From Calditrichia bacterium (lineage in GTDB: Bacteria; Calditrichota; Calditrichia; JAJRVZ01): a stretch of DNA of 64,000 bases. Below, piece after piece: positions 54,001-64,000 of the stretch. The stretch covers positions 512,001 to 576,000 of the forward strand of contig CAWCNS010000011.1 in NCBI GenBank assembly GCA_963796965.1, in the 5' to 3' direction. The translations under genes were made by a program, and so were the position numbers. Within the stretch, counting starts at the first letter, position 1; each line of letters starts with the position of its first letter. The notes beneath the pieces were generated by a model. That model did no database searches, was not told the DNA's origin, and saw nothing but the letters and a program-made list of their open reading frames with translations.

Positions 54001-54495
54001 TTATCCTCCTGAAGTACTGATCTTTATGTTTCTTGCTCTACCCTGTTTACCTATTTTCTCAAAACAATAATAGATAATATCGGTTACAATTTTTGTATTA
54101 ATGGGCAGATAGAGAGAATTGATTTCTGCTCCATATTGCGTACTTATAACCCCAATCTTTTTTAGAATCTCAAGTTCTGCCTCAGTTAATTGTCGAAACC
54201 TGGTTTTTACAAGCAGGCTACCATCTGGCGGATTAATTGTTATCTCTAATTTATCATGCGGATATAGACGAGAAGATATTAATATCCAACTTAATTCACC
54301 TAATTTTAATTTACCAAGTAATATCCGTAAATAATTTCTAATATATGCTTTTTCATCTTCGTAGGTTTTGTTCCAAATCCTCTCTTCGATCCGTCGTTTT
54401 TCATATTTTCTGCGCAGACCTCTAAATAGATAATACATTGAAAAAAGTATCACACTTGTCGTAGTAAGTACAATAACAGTAAATAAATTTTCCAT
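54001..54495 (-). CDS. Hypothetical protein with N-terminal membrane anchor
   Basis: 164-aa ORF tightly packed in the operon; single N-terminal TM helix. Confidence 0.7.
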   Translation of the reverse strand: MENLFTVIVLTTTSVILFSMYYLFRGLRRKYEKRRIEERIWNKTYEDEKAYIRNYLRILLGKLKLGELSWILISSRLYPHDKLEITINPPDGSLLVKTRFRQLTEAELEILKKIGVISTQYGAEINSLYLPINTKIVTDIIYYCFEKIGKQGRARNIKISTSGG

Positions 54496-54507
54496 GCTAC
54501 ATGATGA

Positions 54508-55524
54508 TCAGCTTTTAACCAGGGTAATGGAATTTGCCATGACCTCAAGTTGATCTAAGAATTGCTTCTTTAACTGACCAGGAGCTGTAACAGATATGTC
54601 AATTATATAAATATATTTACTCTCCTCATCATAAAATGCATAGGTTCTAAAAGGACCACCAATGAGATGCTTGCTATTTTGCCAAACACCTGTCAGTTTT
54701 AAAGCCGATTTGCCCCCAAATTCAACATTTTGCACTATCGTATCGACCCTATCAATGCTGTCACCTTCAAAAATAGCAGTTGTTATACTATCACGTAGAT
54801 TAAAAAGCCACTCTCCCTCCTCATTAAATTCCTGGGCCTGAAAACGATGTAGAAATAATGACCGGTCCGGATTTAGTCTTCGAAACCAGGCAAAATCGCC
54901 ACTTTTATCCTCTTTGACCAATTCATAGTCATGCTGGATACGCATTTTCCAACCGAATTCTTCAGCCAGGTAATCTTCAAGCATCAATTGTTCACCCTTT
55001 AAAAACATCGCTTTTTCCAGCTGTTCAAAATATAATTTATTCAGCTGTTTGAATATAAATTCACCCTGGTTTGTCAAATTGGCTTCAAGAGATGAAATAT
55101 CTTTTGCGGGAAGAAACATGACCACTTGATCAGTTGAGAACAAATTAGGTCTGAAAATTTCAAAGGTCTGGTTATCACGGATTGACTCTTTGAGTTGTGG
55201 TGAGAATGATTCAGTTATAAATTTCGAGACTTCGTCATCACCATCCAGAAGCCCGATAAACATCAAATTTCTTCTGGTTTTATACGTCTCAAATGCGCTT
55301 AAAGGCTGGAGGTCGAGATAAAAACTCCGCTCGGTATGGGGTGTATAGATATACTGATCGAAGGTCTGTTCCAGTTCGGTTTGGACGGCCATAAAAAGTG
55401 AGGAATCAGCAAAAACAACAATTTTTTGAAAACTGCCAAAACTGGTTGGTTTGTAATCACAGGCTAATATGGCCAATGCTGCTATAAACAAGAATACTTT
55501 TTTATTAAAAACTTTCTTCAACAA
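54508..55524 (-). CDS. DUF4837-like lipoprotein
   Basis: Lipobox ILAC; P.TE..F, G.W....GGPF..Y, V.APG..K...QLE features. Confidence 0.75.
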   Translation of the reverse strand: MLKKVFNKKVFLFIAALAILACDYKPTSFGSFQKIVVFADSSLFMAVQTELEQTFDQYIYTPHTERSFYLDLQPLSAFETYKTRRNLMFIGLLDGDDEVSKFITESFSPQLKESIRDNQTFEIFRPNLFSTDQVVMFLPAKDISSLEANLTNQGEFIFKQLNKLYFEQLEKAMFLKGEQLMLEDYLAEEFGWKMRIQHDYELVKEDKSGDFAWFRRLNPDRSLFLHRFQAQEFNEEGEWLFNLRDSITTAIFEGDSIDRVDTIVQNVEFGGKSALKLTGVWQNSKHLIGGPFRTYAFYDEESKYIYIIDISVTAPGQLKKQFLDQLEVMANSITLVKS

Positions 55525-56488
55525 TTTTCACCTCCTCCTCACGTAATGCCTTTTTCTGCATCATAAAAAGAATTCCACCTGCGATTGATATAAGCATAGG
55601 AATCAACAAAGTAAGGAATGACAACGAAAGTGCTTCAGCCTTGCTTATGCCAACGTAGGCAAGTAACACAACATACCCACCATCGCGGAATCCAATTCCG
55701 TTAATTGACGGTACCATCATAAGTAGGAATGTAATCGGAACGACTAAAAACAAATATCCGTAAGCAACATCTATACCTAATGCTTTAGCAAGAAGATACG
55801 TTTTGGTGATAATAAGGGTTTGGCTTATTAAAGATACAAATAAGATTTTCACATAAATAAATTTAGAGTTAGAATAGAAACGGATAGCATCTAGGAATTT
55901 TTGAATACGTTCCCCTAATCTAAGAATTGAGATCTTGTTGCAAACCATCTCGATGGGTTTTTCAAGTCTTTTAGAGAATGCTATTCCAAAAAAAACTATT
56001 ACCGCTGCCATTAGGAATAAAGTCATATATAATAAAAGATTGCTTTCAAATTTGTCCTGTAAAATAATTATGGAAATAATAGCCAGGATCAATGTACTGG
56101 TTATTCCTAACAAGCGTTCGGATATAACAGAGGCAAAACTAATTGTTCTTTCACCGGTATCCTTGAGTAAGTTGTAAATGCGTAAAACATCGCCACCGAT
56201 ACCTGTTGGCAAAAAATTATTAAAAAACAACCCAATAAGATAGTATTTAAAGAGAGAGGAAGTGGGGATATTAATACCATAACCGCGAACAAGAATCTGC
56301 CAACGCCATGAAAGAACGAGTAGTGAAATTATAAATAGTAAAGCGGCTAGAGTCAGATAAATCAGTCCACCCTCAAACCATATTTTATTGAGAACCTGAA
56401 GGATTTTTTCAGGATCTGCAATATAAATCAAATACGCGAGCAAGCCGATTGATATTACCGCTTTTAGTACTGTTCTGACAGGTTTCAT
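55505..56488 (-). CDS. Lysylphosphatidylglycerol-synthase TM-domain (YbhN/AglD2-like flippase) protein
   Basis: RWQIL, IGLFFNNFLPTGIGGDVLR, SERLLG, PSINGIGFRD. Confidence 0.85.
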   Translation of the reverse strand: MKPVRTVLKAVISIGLLAYLIYIADPEKILQVLNKIWFEGGLIYLTLAALLFIISLLVLSWRWQILVRGYGINIPTSSLFKYYLIGLFFNNFLPTGIGGDVLRIYNLLKDTGERTISFASVISERLLGITSTLILAIISIIILQDKFESNLLLYMTLFLMAAVIVFFGIAFSKRLEKPIEMVCNKISILRLGERIQKFLDAIRFYSNSKFIYVKILFVSLISQTLIITKTYLLAKALGIDVAYGYLFLVVPITFLLMMVPSINGIGFRDGGYVVLLAYVGISKAEALSLSFLTLLIPMLISIAGGILFMMQKKALREEEVKIVEESF

Positions 56489-59151
56489 TCTTTGAGATTT
56501 TCTGCCTTACTTTCAAAATAGGACAACTTTTGCTTGGCCTGTGGATCAGTTGGATGATCTTTGAGCCAATTATTCAAATATTCCACCCCTTTATCATATT
56601 TTTTGAGTCTGTCAAAGATATCAATTAACATACTTAATGAGTGGACATTATTAGGGTTGGATTCATAGATTGACTCAAATAATTTTTCAGCATCATCCAA
56701 CAAACGCAGGCGGTATAAATTCTCTGCGACTACCTGCAGGTCATTTTCGGCATATTGGTTTGCTAAAAGACTATCCACACTCATCTGCCCGGTAGTTAAT
56801 GCATAAGAATCTCGAATTAGACGCAAATAGCGATTTGTCCAGGGGATGACATCTGATGGGATATTTTTCTCCATATCATCCATCAAAAATTTCATTTTCT
56901 CAGTATTACCTTCTCGGGCATGATATTCTATTACTTGCAGATAGGCTGTGCGGTAGTTTTGCAGCAAACCTTCAATATTTTTATCATAATAGACTGATGG
57001 ATCCTGCAATCCCCGGTATTTATATACATCGGTCAGATTTCTCTCCAGATGGTCCGGGGAGATTTTCCAATTTTTAAAAGGTACTATTTTCAGAGCAAGA
57101 CCATCCATTCGCATATATTGCTGAAGTTCGTTTAACATATTACTTTTCGCCACTGTAACTGCAAAATAGATCGGCTTTTTCCATTTATTAGCATTCAGAA
57201 TTCTCAATATCATATAATCCTGGATCCTAAGCACAGGACCAAACTGAGTATTTAAGGCGGGCTTTACCTCAAATGTTATTTTTTCCGGCGCAGAGATACT
57301 AAGATTGCGATAATTCTGCTGATATTCACGGACATAGTTTTCACCAACAGATTTTGGTACATCTAATGTAATTTGCCTACTCTTCCATGGTACTAATCCT
57401 AACTTAGTTAACTCAGCATCAGAAATATTTAAAGGTACCTTTGGTTCCAAGTCCCTTAATTGTTGAATATACCAACCTGTATTTAACAAACTTAGATTTA
57501 CAATGCGGACGTCCCGTCGCACACTGTCCACTTCCTGTAGATACCAGAGTGGAAAAGTATCATTGTCGCCATTTGTAACAAGAATTCCATTCGGAGCACA
57601 GGTTTGTAGCATGTTATAGGAATAATCCCAGGCAATATAACGGCCTGTTCGGTTATGGGTATCAAAATTTTTCGCTAACATCATGATCGGTGCAGCGATT
57701 AATAGTAAAACAAAAATTGTTACTGGCAGAACCTGAGAAGACTCTGAGTCAGTAACATCATCCTTCTTTTTCTTCTTTTTCCCCCGGAGTAACTCCATCA
57801 ACCCCGCATATCCCATCCCAATCCAGATAGAAAAGGCAAAGAAGGAGCCGACATAACTGTAATCCCTTTCTCTGGGCTGGGGATCAGGCTGATTGAGATA
57901 TAAGACGATTGCCAACCCTGTCATAAAGAAAAGAGCTAATACTGCAAGGGCATGTTTATTGTCATTCTTAAAATGCCAATAAAGGCCGAAGAGGCCGAGA
58001 AGGAATGGTATAGCAAAAAATTGTTTAGCGGACCAATCTCGTTCGTTTTCATCCATACCAACAAATTGCCAGAGAAAATATCGGATATACATTTTATCCA
58101 CCTGATATTTCCAAAAAAATTCGCTCGAGCTTTTCCATTGTTTACCATTCGGTGATTCTCTCCAGACCTTTGTCCTGTCTGTAATACTGTGATCACCATA
58201 CTGTTCACGGTTAAGATAGGATATAAATTTCTCAATGGTCTCCGGGTTATTTTCATCAATCATTGGATCAAGATTGGAACGGATATATATCATCGTATAA
58301 GTACTATAGCCAATAATTATTAATAAAACAGAAAGAGAAATGAGACTGGCTACTTTTTTATTATTATTAATCGCCCAGAATACGACGGCAAAAAGTCCAA
58401 TAAAAACGACCGCCAATCCAAATGTACCCCCAACATCTGCCACATGGGGCAAATATTTTACAATACCCGGATAAACAAATAATACCATGGCAATGGTAAC
58501 AATAATATTTACAATAAATGTTTTTAAATTAAAAGGGTATCTTTTATAGTAGTAAATAAGCGTTACAAAGGGTAAAGCGAGAACATTTAATAAATGGACC
58601 CCAATTGCTAACCCAACAGCATAAGATATCATTAGTAAATATCTCTCGTTTCCTGGCTCATCAGAGCGTTCAGCCCAGACCAGAATCAACCAAACCAATA
58701 AAGCGGTAAAAAACATGGATGGTGCATAAACTTCCGCCTCAACCGCATTAAACCAAAAACTATGGGTAAATGCAAATGTTAGCGATCCAAGTACACCTGA
58801 AAATATCGCTGTTTGCCAGTCTTCGCGGTTGTCGAGTTTTCCCTTCCATTCCCTGATGAGGTGCACAATTGACAAGTATAAAAACATTATAGTAAAGGCA
58901 CTGGAGAGAACGGAAATAAGATTAACACGAAACCCAATATCTTCCACAAAAGGAATCATTGAAAAAAATCGACCCACCAATAAAAACAGGGGGGCTCCCG
59001 GTGGATGGGGCACAGCTAAGCCATAACTACAGGCAATAAATTCACCACAATCCCAGTATGACACGGTGGGTGCAACGGTAAGGGTATAAACGACAAATGA
59101 GAATACCCAGATTACTGCTGCCGTTATTCGGTTTGTTTTTAACCAATCCAT
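56485..59151 (-). CDS. DUF2723 / TMEM260-like GT-C glycosyltransferase with C-terminal TPR
   Basis: APTVSYWDCGEF, VPHPPGAP, WFNAVEAEVY, GVHLLN, YLNREQYG, PRERDYSY, NGDNDTFPLWY.QEV. Confidence 0.88.
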   Translation of the reverse strand: MDWLKTNRITAAVIWVFSFVVYTLTVAPTVSYWDCGEFIACSYGLAVPHPPGAPLFLLVGRFFSMIPFVEDIGFRVNLISVLSSAFTIMFLYLSIVHLIREWKGKLDNREDWQTAIFSGVLGSLTFAFTHSFWFNAVEAEVYAPSMFFTALLVWLILVWAERSDEPGNERYLLMISYAVGLAIGVHLLNVLALPFVTLIYYYKRYPFNLKTFIVNIIVTIAMVLFVYPGIVKYLPHVADVGGTFGLAVVFIGLFAVVFWAINNNKKVASLISLSVLLIIIGYSTYTMIYIRSNLDPMIDENNPETIEKFISYLNREQYGDHSITDRTKVWRESPNGKQWKSSSEFFWKYQVDKMYIRYFLWQFVGMDENERDWSAKQFFAIPFLLGLFGLYWHFKNDNKHALAVLALFFMTGLAIVLYLNQPDPQPRERDYSYVGSFFAFSIWIGMGYAGLMELLRGKKKKKKDDVTDSESSQVLPVTIFVLLLIAAPIMMLAKNFDTHNRTGRYIAWDYSYNMLQTCAPNGILVTNGDNDTFPLWYLQEVDSVRRDVRIVNLSLLNTGWYIQQLRDLEPKVPLNISDAELTKLGLVPWKSRQITLDVPKSVGENYVREYQQNYRNLSISAPEKITFEVKPALNTQFGPVLRIQDYMILRILNANKWKKPIYFAVTVAKSNMLNELQQYMRMDGLALKIVPFKNWKISPDHLERNLTDVYKYRGLQDPSVYYDKNIEGLLQNYRTAYLQVIEYHAREGNTEKMKFLMDDMEKNIPSDVIPWTNRYLRLIRDSYALTTGQMSVDSLLANQYAENDLQVVAENLYRLRLLDDAEKLFESIYESNPNNVHSLSMLIDIFDRLKKYDKGVEYLNNWLKDHPTDPQAKQKLSYFESKAENLKE

Positions 59152-59173
59152 TAATGATTCCTCTTTGATATTT

Positions 59174-60028
59174 TTATTGAATAGATTTTAAATAATTTAC
59201 TAATGCCTCTTTCCAATGAGACATATAATTCAAATCTACAGATTTTAATTTTTTATTTTCAAGAACACTGTAAGAAGGCCTCTTAATTGTCATTGGAAAC
59301 TCGCTACTCTGACAGGAAATTAATGGCGTCTTTAATTTTAATGTTTCAAATATTACACCTGCAAATTCGAACCAGGAACAGCTATCTTCACAGGACATAT
59401 GATACATTCCAAAAGCTTCAGTATCAAGCAGGTGCTTCGTATTAAATGCAATTTCCGAAACGGGAGTAGGGGTTAGAATCTCATCATCAACGACTTTCAC
59501 CACATCACGCTCTTTAGCAGCCTGCTGCATTGTTGTGATGAAATTTTTTCCTTTTGCCCGACACACAGTTTGACCATATATCCCGGAAATACGTATAATA
59601 AAGCGCCGCTTCAGATAATTCTTAACAAGTATTTCCCCATTCAACTTAGTCAGAGCATAAATATTTAAGGGATTTGCTTTATCCGTTTCCACATAGGGTT
59701 TTTTCTTTGCACCATCAAAAACATAGTCTGTGCTAAAATGAACAAGGGTTGCATCAAGATCATTGCAGACCTTTGCCAAATTTAAGGCACCAATCGCATT
59801 GACCTGAAAAGAAATATCCGGATGTTTTTCGCATTCCGGTAAATTATGATAAGCGGCCGTATTTATTATGGCATCGGGTTTTAGATCTGACAGAACTCTC
59901 GAGGCAGAATCAATATTTGCTATCTCAATATCTGAATGTGTAAGCCCAATTACTTCATGATCCGGCTGAAACTGTGACACGATTTCAGAGCCCAGTTGTC
60001 CATTCGATCCTATTACAATTACTTTCAA
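59174..60028 (-). CDS. rfbD: dTDP-4-dehydrorhamnose reductase-like (copy 2)
   Basis: IGSNGQLG, STDYVFDG, YALTKLNGE, VVDDE..TPT, KRP.YSVL; TTG start. Confidence 0.85.
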   Translation of the reverse strand: MKVIVIGSNGQLGSEIVSQFQPDHEVIGLTHSDIEIANIDSASRVLSDLKPDAIINTAAYHNLPECEKHPDISFQVNAIGALNLAKVCNDLDATLVHFSTDYVFDGAKKKPYVETDKANPLNIYALTKLNGEILVKNYLKRRFIIRISGIYGQTVCRAKGKNFITTMQQAAKERDVVKVVDDEILTPTPVSEIAFNTKHLLDTEAFGMYHMSCEDSCSWFEFAGVIFETLKLKTPLISCQSSEFPMTIKRPSYSVLENKKLKSVDLNYMSHWKEALVNYLKSIQ

Positions 60029-60213
60029 ATCTTATACAAATCCTTTTCTCTATCACCAATTGTATCTAATCAATACTAAAAAATGCACTACTGGCTCTCA
60101 TCCCGATTTTATTTCAAGGTTCATGCAATGAAGGTGCGAACGAGAATTGAAATGAACTTGTTTCGGTTCTCGTAATGCCCCCAGAACAGAATAGCATATT
60201 TCTTCAGAAAGTC

Positions 60214-61173
60214 TTATTGTATTTTTTTTGACTTAAAGACTTCAATATTATAGTATTGATCATTCTTTAAATCGCTAAACAGGTCATAATGTTCCACCAG
60301 ATCATTAACGATGCCATCGATATCATATCGTGGTTTAAAACTAAGGATATTTCTGGCTTTTTCAATACTGACTTTATAGTTACGGTAATCCTGTCTATGT
60401 TCGATATTTAAATTAATTTCCTTATTCATTTTGACTTCTATACTGGTTTTCACTAAATCCGCGACTTCACCTACTGTATAGTTTCCTGAAGCCACATTAA
60501 ACACACCATTGATTCCCTCATTGGACTCAATTGCCCTCACATAGGCCGTAACAGCATCATTAATACTTAAGATGGGGCGCCAGATGGCCGGATTATGTAC
60601 CGTAATTTCCCCATCAAGCATGGCACATTTAAACATGGTATTTACAATCAGATCTAACCTCATACGCGGACTGTATCCGCTCACGGTTCCCTGCCTCAGA
60701 CAAATAACAGAAAAGTGATCGTCTAGCATTTGGATGACCGCCTGTTCACCTTGTAATTTTGAAATACCATATGGATAGTTTGAAACTGCTGGAGAAGTTT
60801 CGTCATATAGTTCATTTTCTGTATAACCATAAACAGAACAGGAACTCGCATAGATAAATTTTTTAACACCGGCCTGTTTTGCAATATAACCTAAATATGC
60901 CGGGGCAGAGGCATTATGAATAAAATTTAAACTGGGAGAGTATTCTGCCATCGGATCATTTGAAAGACCAGCCAAAAAAATTATCTGGTCATATTTATTT
61001 ACCTCATCCCTGCTTACATCAAAAATATCTTTTTTAATTTTAACGACTTTATCCGGAAGAAAATCTCCAAACCAGAACAAGTCAACCACATCAACGTCAT
61101 AACCCCGATCAAGGAGATGGGGCGCCAGCTTTGAGCCAATATAGCCTGCACCACCTGCTAATAGTATTTTCAT
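60214..61173 (-). CDS. NAD-dependent nucleotide-sugar epimerase/dehydratase (extended SDR)
   Basis: GGAGYIGS, LAGLSNDP, ASSCSVYG, YGISK, G.SPRMRLDL.VN. Confidence 0.88.
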   Translation of the reverse strand: MKILLAGGAGYIGSKLAPHLLDRGYDVDVVDLFWFGDFLPDKVVKIKKDIFDVSRDEVNKYDQIIFLAGLSNDPMAEYSPSLNFIHNASAPAYLGYIAKQAGVKKFIYASSCSVYGYTENELYDETSPAVSNYPYGISKLQGEQAVIQMLDDHFSVICLRQGTVSGYSPRMRLDLIVNTMFKCAMLDGEITVHNPAIWRPILSINDAVTAYVRAIESNEGINGVFNVASGNYTVGEVADLVKTSIEVKMNKEINLNIEHRQDYRNYKVSIEKARNILSFKPRYDIDGIVNDLVEHYDLFSDLKNDQYYNIEVFKSKKIQ

Positions 61174-61219
61174 CTTTTGCCCTTACCTGAGTGATTTGGT
61201 TTAACTCACCATACCAATT

Positions 61220-61813
61220 TTATTCAACTTTCAGATTGTCCGCTTTATCAAACTGAAAGTTATTAGAATTTATACTTTCCTGCCATTCGCTGAAAGTTTG
61301 TGCATCTTCATCTTTATGTGAAAGGATAGGATCCTTTACAGGCCATTTAATCCCAATTTCCGGATCACGCCATAGAATACCTGATTCACATGTTGAATTA
61401 TAAATACCCGTACAGAGATATTGAATCTCCGCATAATCAGACAACACACAAAATCCCCTGGCAAAACCAGCCGGAGCCCATAATTGTCTATGGTCTTCTG
61501 AAGAGACTTCCACCCCAAACCATTCTCCCAGAGTGGGGGAATTTTTCCTGATATCCACCGCTACGAGAAAAGCCTTTCCTTGCAAGACACGCATAAGCTT
61601 CCCCATGGGTGGTTCCCACTGAAAATGCAATCCTCTTAATACATTTTTTACCGATCCAGAATGATTTTCCTGCACAAATTTTTGTGGCAATCCTAATTCT
61701 TCAAACTGATCCGCCCGAAACTCTTCCACAAAAAAACCTCGTTCATCTTTAAAAAATTCTGGTTGAAGAACTGCAACCGCATTCATATGTACCGATTCAA
61801 GCATCATCCTCAT
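61220..61813 (-). CDS. rfbC: dTDP-4-dehydrorhamnose 3,5-epimerase-like cupin
   Basis: DERGFF, QENHS.S..VLRGLHFQ, VAVDIR..SPT.G.W, GFARGF, W.DP.IGI.WP, LS.KD. Confidence 0.88.
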   Translation of the reverse strand: MRMMLESVHMNAVAVLQPEFFKDERGFFVEEFRADQFEELGLPQKFVQENHSGSVKNVLRGLHFQWEPPMGKLMRVLQGKAFLVAVDIRKNSPTLGEWFGVEVSSEDHRQLWAPAGFARGFCVLSDYAEIQYLCTGIYNSTCESGILWRDPEIGIKWPVKDPILSHKDEDAQTFSEWQESINSNNFQFDKADNLKVE

Positions 61814-61834
61814 TCACGTACCCCATAGCATCAA

Positions 61835-62878
61835 TTAATATTTTAAACTTTTGAAAGTTTTTCTTCCCTTTAGAAAATATTGAATCACCAATGACCCAGG
61901 ATAGATAAGATGTTTATATCCCTCATCATCAATGGTTCTGAGAGACTGAACTTCTTTGCGTTTATTCAGAATAAAACGTAGATGAAAAATAACCCATAAA
62001 TGTGATTTAATAATTGAATAAGAATGTTTAAAGTCAAATTGAATGAATCCGGCATAAAAAACATTAATCATATCCAGAATTATTCGCACACCTATTACTC
62101 GCACCAGATTTCTTAGTTGTAAATTTTTCAACAACGCAATTATTCCATTTCTGTGATTCCAGTATAATTTTTTAAAACTATCTGCTTTTATTGTCGCCCC
62201 GGCATAATGATAAATGACAGATTCCGGTATAACTTTAAGATTATATCCGACCAGAAGGAGGCGCCAACATAAATCGATCTCCTCCATGTGATGAACAAAA
62301 TCTTCATCGAGATTGCCACTTACCTTTAGTGCTTCAGCTCTTACAAACATCGCAGCACCACTTGTCCAGAAAACGGAGCGATTATCATTATATTGTCCAT
62401 CATCTTTTTCAATTGTATAAAAGATACGACCACGAAGAAATGGATATCCATACTTATCAATAAATCCGCCACTCGCACCAGCATATTCAAAAAAGCCATC
62501 ATCGATAAGAGATCTGATCTTTGGCTGCAATGCGCCAATGTTATTATCATTTTCTGCTGCTGAGACCATCGGCTCTAACCAGTCTTTATCGACAACAACA
62601 TCATTATTAAGTAAGATATAATATTTACCTGCCGCTTCCTTAAAAGCAATGTTATAAGCGCGGCTATAACCCGCATTTAACCCTGTTTGCACAATTCTAA
62701 TTTTTGGATATTCAGATTGCGTATAGGCAACACTATCATCGTTAGAATTGTTATCAACCAATACAATTTCATAATTTGGGTATGCACTCTGATAGAGTGA
62801 GTCAAAACATTCTTTTAAAAATTTTTTTCCATTGTAATTTAATACAAGTATACTGACCAGAGGTTCATTTAATTTCAA
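61835..62878 (-). CDS. GT2 glycosyltransferase (WbbL-like)
   Basis: LNYNG, VDNNS.D, LLNND, FEYAGASGG, WTSGAA, HMEEIDLCWR. Confidence 0.88.
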   Translation of the reverse strand: MKLNEPLVSILVLNYNGKKFLKECFDSLYQSAYPNYEIVLVDNNSNDDSVAYTQSEYPKIRIVQTGLNAGYSRAYNIAFKEAAGKYYILLNNDVVVDKDWLEPMVSAAENDNNIGALQPKIRSLIDDGFFEYAGASGGFIDKYGYPFLRGRIFYTIEKDDGQYNDNRSVFWTSGAAMFVRAEALKVSGNLDEDFVHHMEEIDLCWRLLLVGYNLKVIPESVIYHYAGATIKADSFKKLYWNHRNGIIALLKNLQLRNLVRVIGVRIILDMINVFYAGFIQFDFKHSYSIIKSHLWVIFHLRFILNKRKEVQSLRTIDDEGYKHLIYPGSLVIQYFLKGRKTFKSLKY

Positions 62879-63096
62879 ATCACTTTATCCAAAATTTTCA
62901 ATAAGAGGGTTTATCCCTTGGCAATTCGTTAAATTGACACAAATCTTGAAATTTCTACATATTTCTGACTAAAATCAAATTTAAGGCCAGCTTTTTAAAG
63001 ATATATGGATCAATAGGGCTGATCAATTCTCAAACCAAAAAGGAACATGAAGATATTATATGAGGTGTTTCTCTCTTAGGAAAAAGATTGATCTTG

Positions 63097-63999
63097 TTAA
63101 CCGATGTTGATGTAATTTATCCTTTCTGCATAATTTTCTAAAAAGTGTACTTTCAGATCACTATTTTCCTGTAAACGTAAATGTGGATCTTCGTTTATTA
63201 TAATAAAAGCATCATGACGGGAGGTCTTAAGAATTTCATGATCCAAAATTGGATTGGCGAGGCGAAAAGTTGGTAAACCATGTTGGCGGGTCCCAAAGAA
63301 CTCTCCCCACCCGCGCAACTTTAAATCTTCTTCCGATATGAGGAAACCATCTGTTGTGCTCGTCATAATTTTTAAGCGTTTCCTGGCAATTTCTCCTACC
63401 TGGTTGGGAGTTTTTAATATACAGTAGGATTTCTTTGTTCCCCGGCCTACCCGTCCGCGAAGTTGATGCAATTGTGATAACCCAAAACGCTCCGCGTGTT
63501 CAATTAACATAACCGTTGCATTGGCAACATCAACACCGACTTCGATTACAGTCGTTGAAAAAAGGATTTGAATTTCCCCTTCCGTAAATCCTCGCATGAT
63601 TCTTTCTTTTTCATCTGATTTCAATCGTCCATGAATAAGAGCTGAATAATGTGCTTTAAATTCATTTTCCTTCAGCTGTTCATAACTATCTGTGGCCGAT
63701 TTCAGATCAATTTTCTCAGAATCTTCAACCAGAGGATAGACAATATATACCTGCTCACCGTTTTTAACATGTTTATTTATAAATTCATAGATATCATTTG
63801 CTTTGTTGTCAAATCGCCATATGGTTTGAGTGGCGATTCGCCCGGCAGGCATTTCATCAAGTATGGATACCTCCAGGTTACCATATATGGTTAACGCTAA
63901 TGTTCTTGGAATCGGTGTCGCTGTCATAACTAGCACATCCGGACTTATACCCTTTTCCTGCAGTCGGCTTCTTTGAACGACGCCAAACCGATGTTGTTC
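63097..63999 (-). CDS. recG: ATP-dependent DNA helicase RecG, C-terminal part; truncated at window edge
   Basis: EQHRFGV, MTATPIPRTL, TTVIEVGVDV, AERFGLSQLHQLRGRVGRG, DGF.I.E.DL.LRG. Confidence 0.97.
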   Translation of the reverse strand, partial: EQHRFGVVQRSRLQEKGISPDVLVMTATPIPRTLALTIYGNLEVSILDEMPAGRIATQTIWRFDNKANDIYEFINKHVKNGEQVYIVYPLVEDSEKIDLKSATDSYEQLKENEFKAHYSALIHGRLKSDEKERIMRGFTEGEIQILFSTTVIEVGVDVANATVMLIEHAERFGLSQLHQLRGRVGRGTKKSYCILKTPNQVGEIARKRLKIMTSTTDGFLISEEDLKLRGWGEFFGTRQHGLPTFRLANPILDHEILKTSRHDAFIIINEDPHLRLQENSDLKVHFLENYAERINYINIG

Positions 64000-64000
64000 A

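Noticed and set aside
60140..60173. Hairpin ACGAGAATTGAAA/TTTCGGTTCTCGT between the SDR gene and rfbD
   Set aside because: It pairs well only on the non-coding plus strand (G-U) and has no U-tail, so there is not enough to call a terminator or ncRNA

Overview
Ordinary chromosomal DNA from an AT-rich diderm bacterium of the FCB group. A Calditrichota/Ignavibacteriota-like lineage is inferred from PorV, YPNP(F)N-type secretion C-terminal domains and strong GGAGG ribosome-binding sites. I saw no rRNA, tRNA, CRISPR array, prophage or transposase. Contents in order: (i) the end of a sigma54 activator gene, followed by a complete UAS/IHF/-24/-12 promoter driving a low-complexity lipoprotein and a FadL-like barrel; (ii) a candidate C-rich small RNA and an Omp85-like gene; (iii) a minus-strand amino-acid fermentation cluster (sensor kinase, sigma54 response regulator, maeB, leucine dehydrogenase, ptb, buk); (iv) tetrahaem cytochrome c, NhaC-family transporter, radical SAM, SDR, ferredoxin, NYN, kinase, PHP hydrolase and metF; (v) a secreted S8 protease preceded by a lipoprotein that is a stand-alone copy of its own propeptide; (vi) dapF/manC/PilZ and the ffh-rpsP-khpA-rimM-trmD-rplS operon; (vii) a porV-led envelope operon with a catalytically dead M6-like protein and a gluzincin/beta-propeller/barrel protein; (viii) a glycosylation region (DUF2723/TMEM260-like GT-C, flippase-like protein, polyprenol-P-mannose synthase, rfbC/rfbD) ending in recG. 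Many genes, including essential ffh, carry single-base frameshifts, which are most likely assembly indels. The strongest leads are the protease/propeptide-lipoprotein pair, the porV operon and its regulated leader, and a probable general protein O-mannosylation system supported by strong D-S/T-x sequon enrichment in exported proteins.
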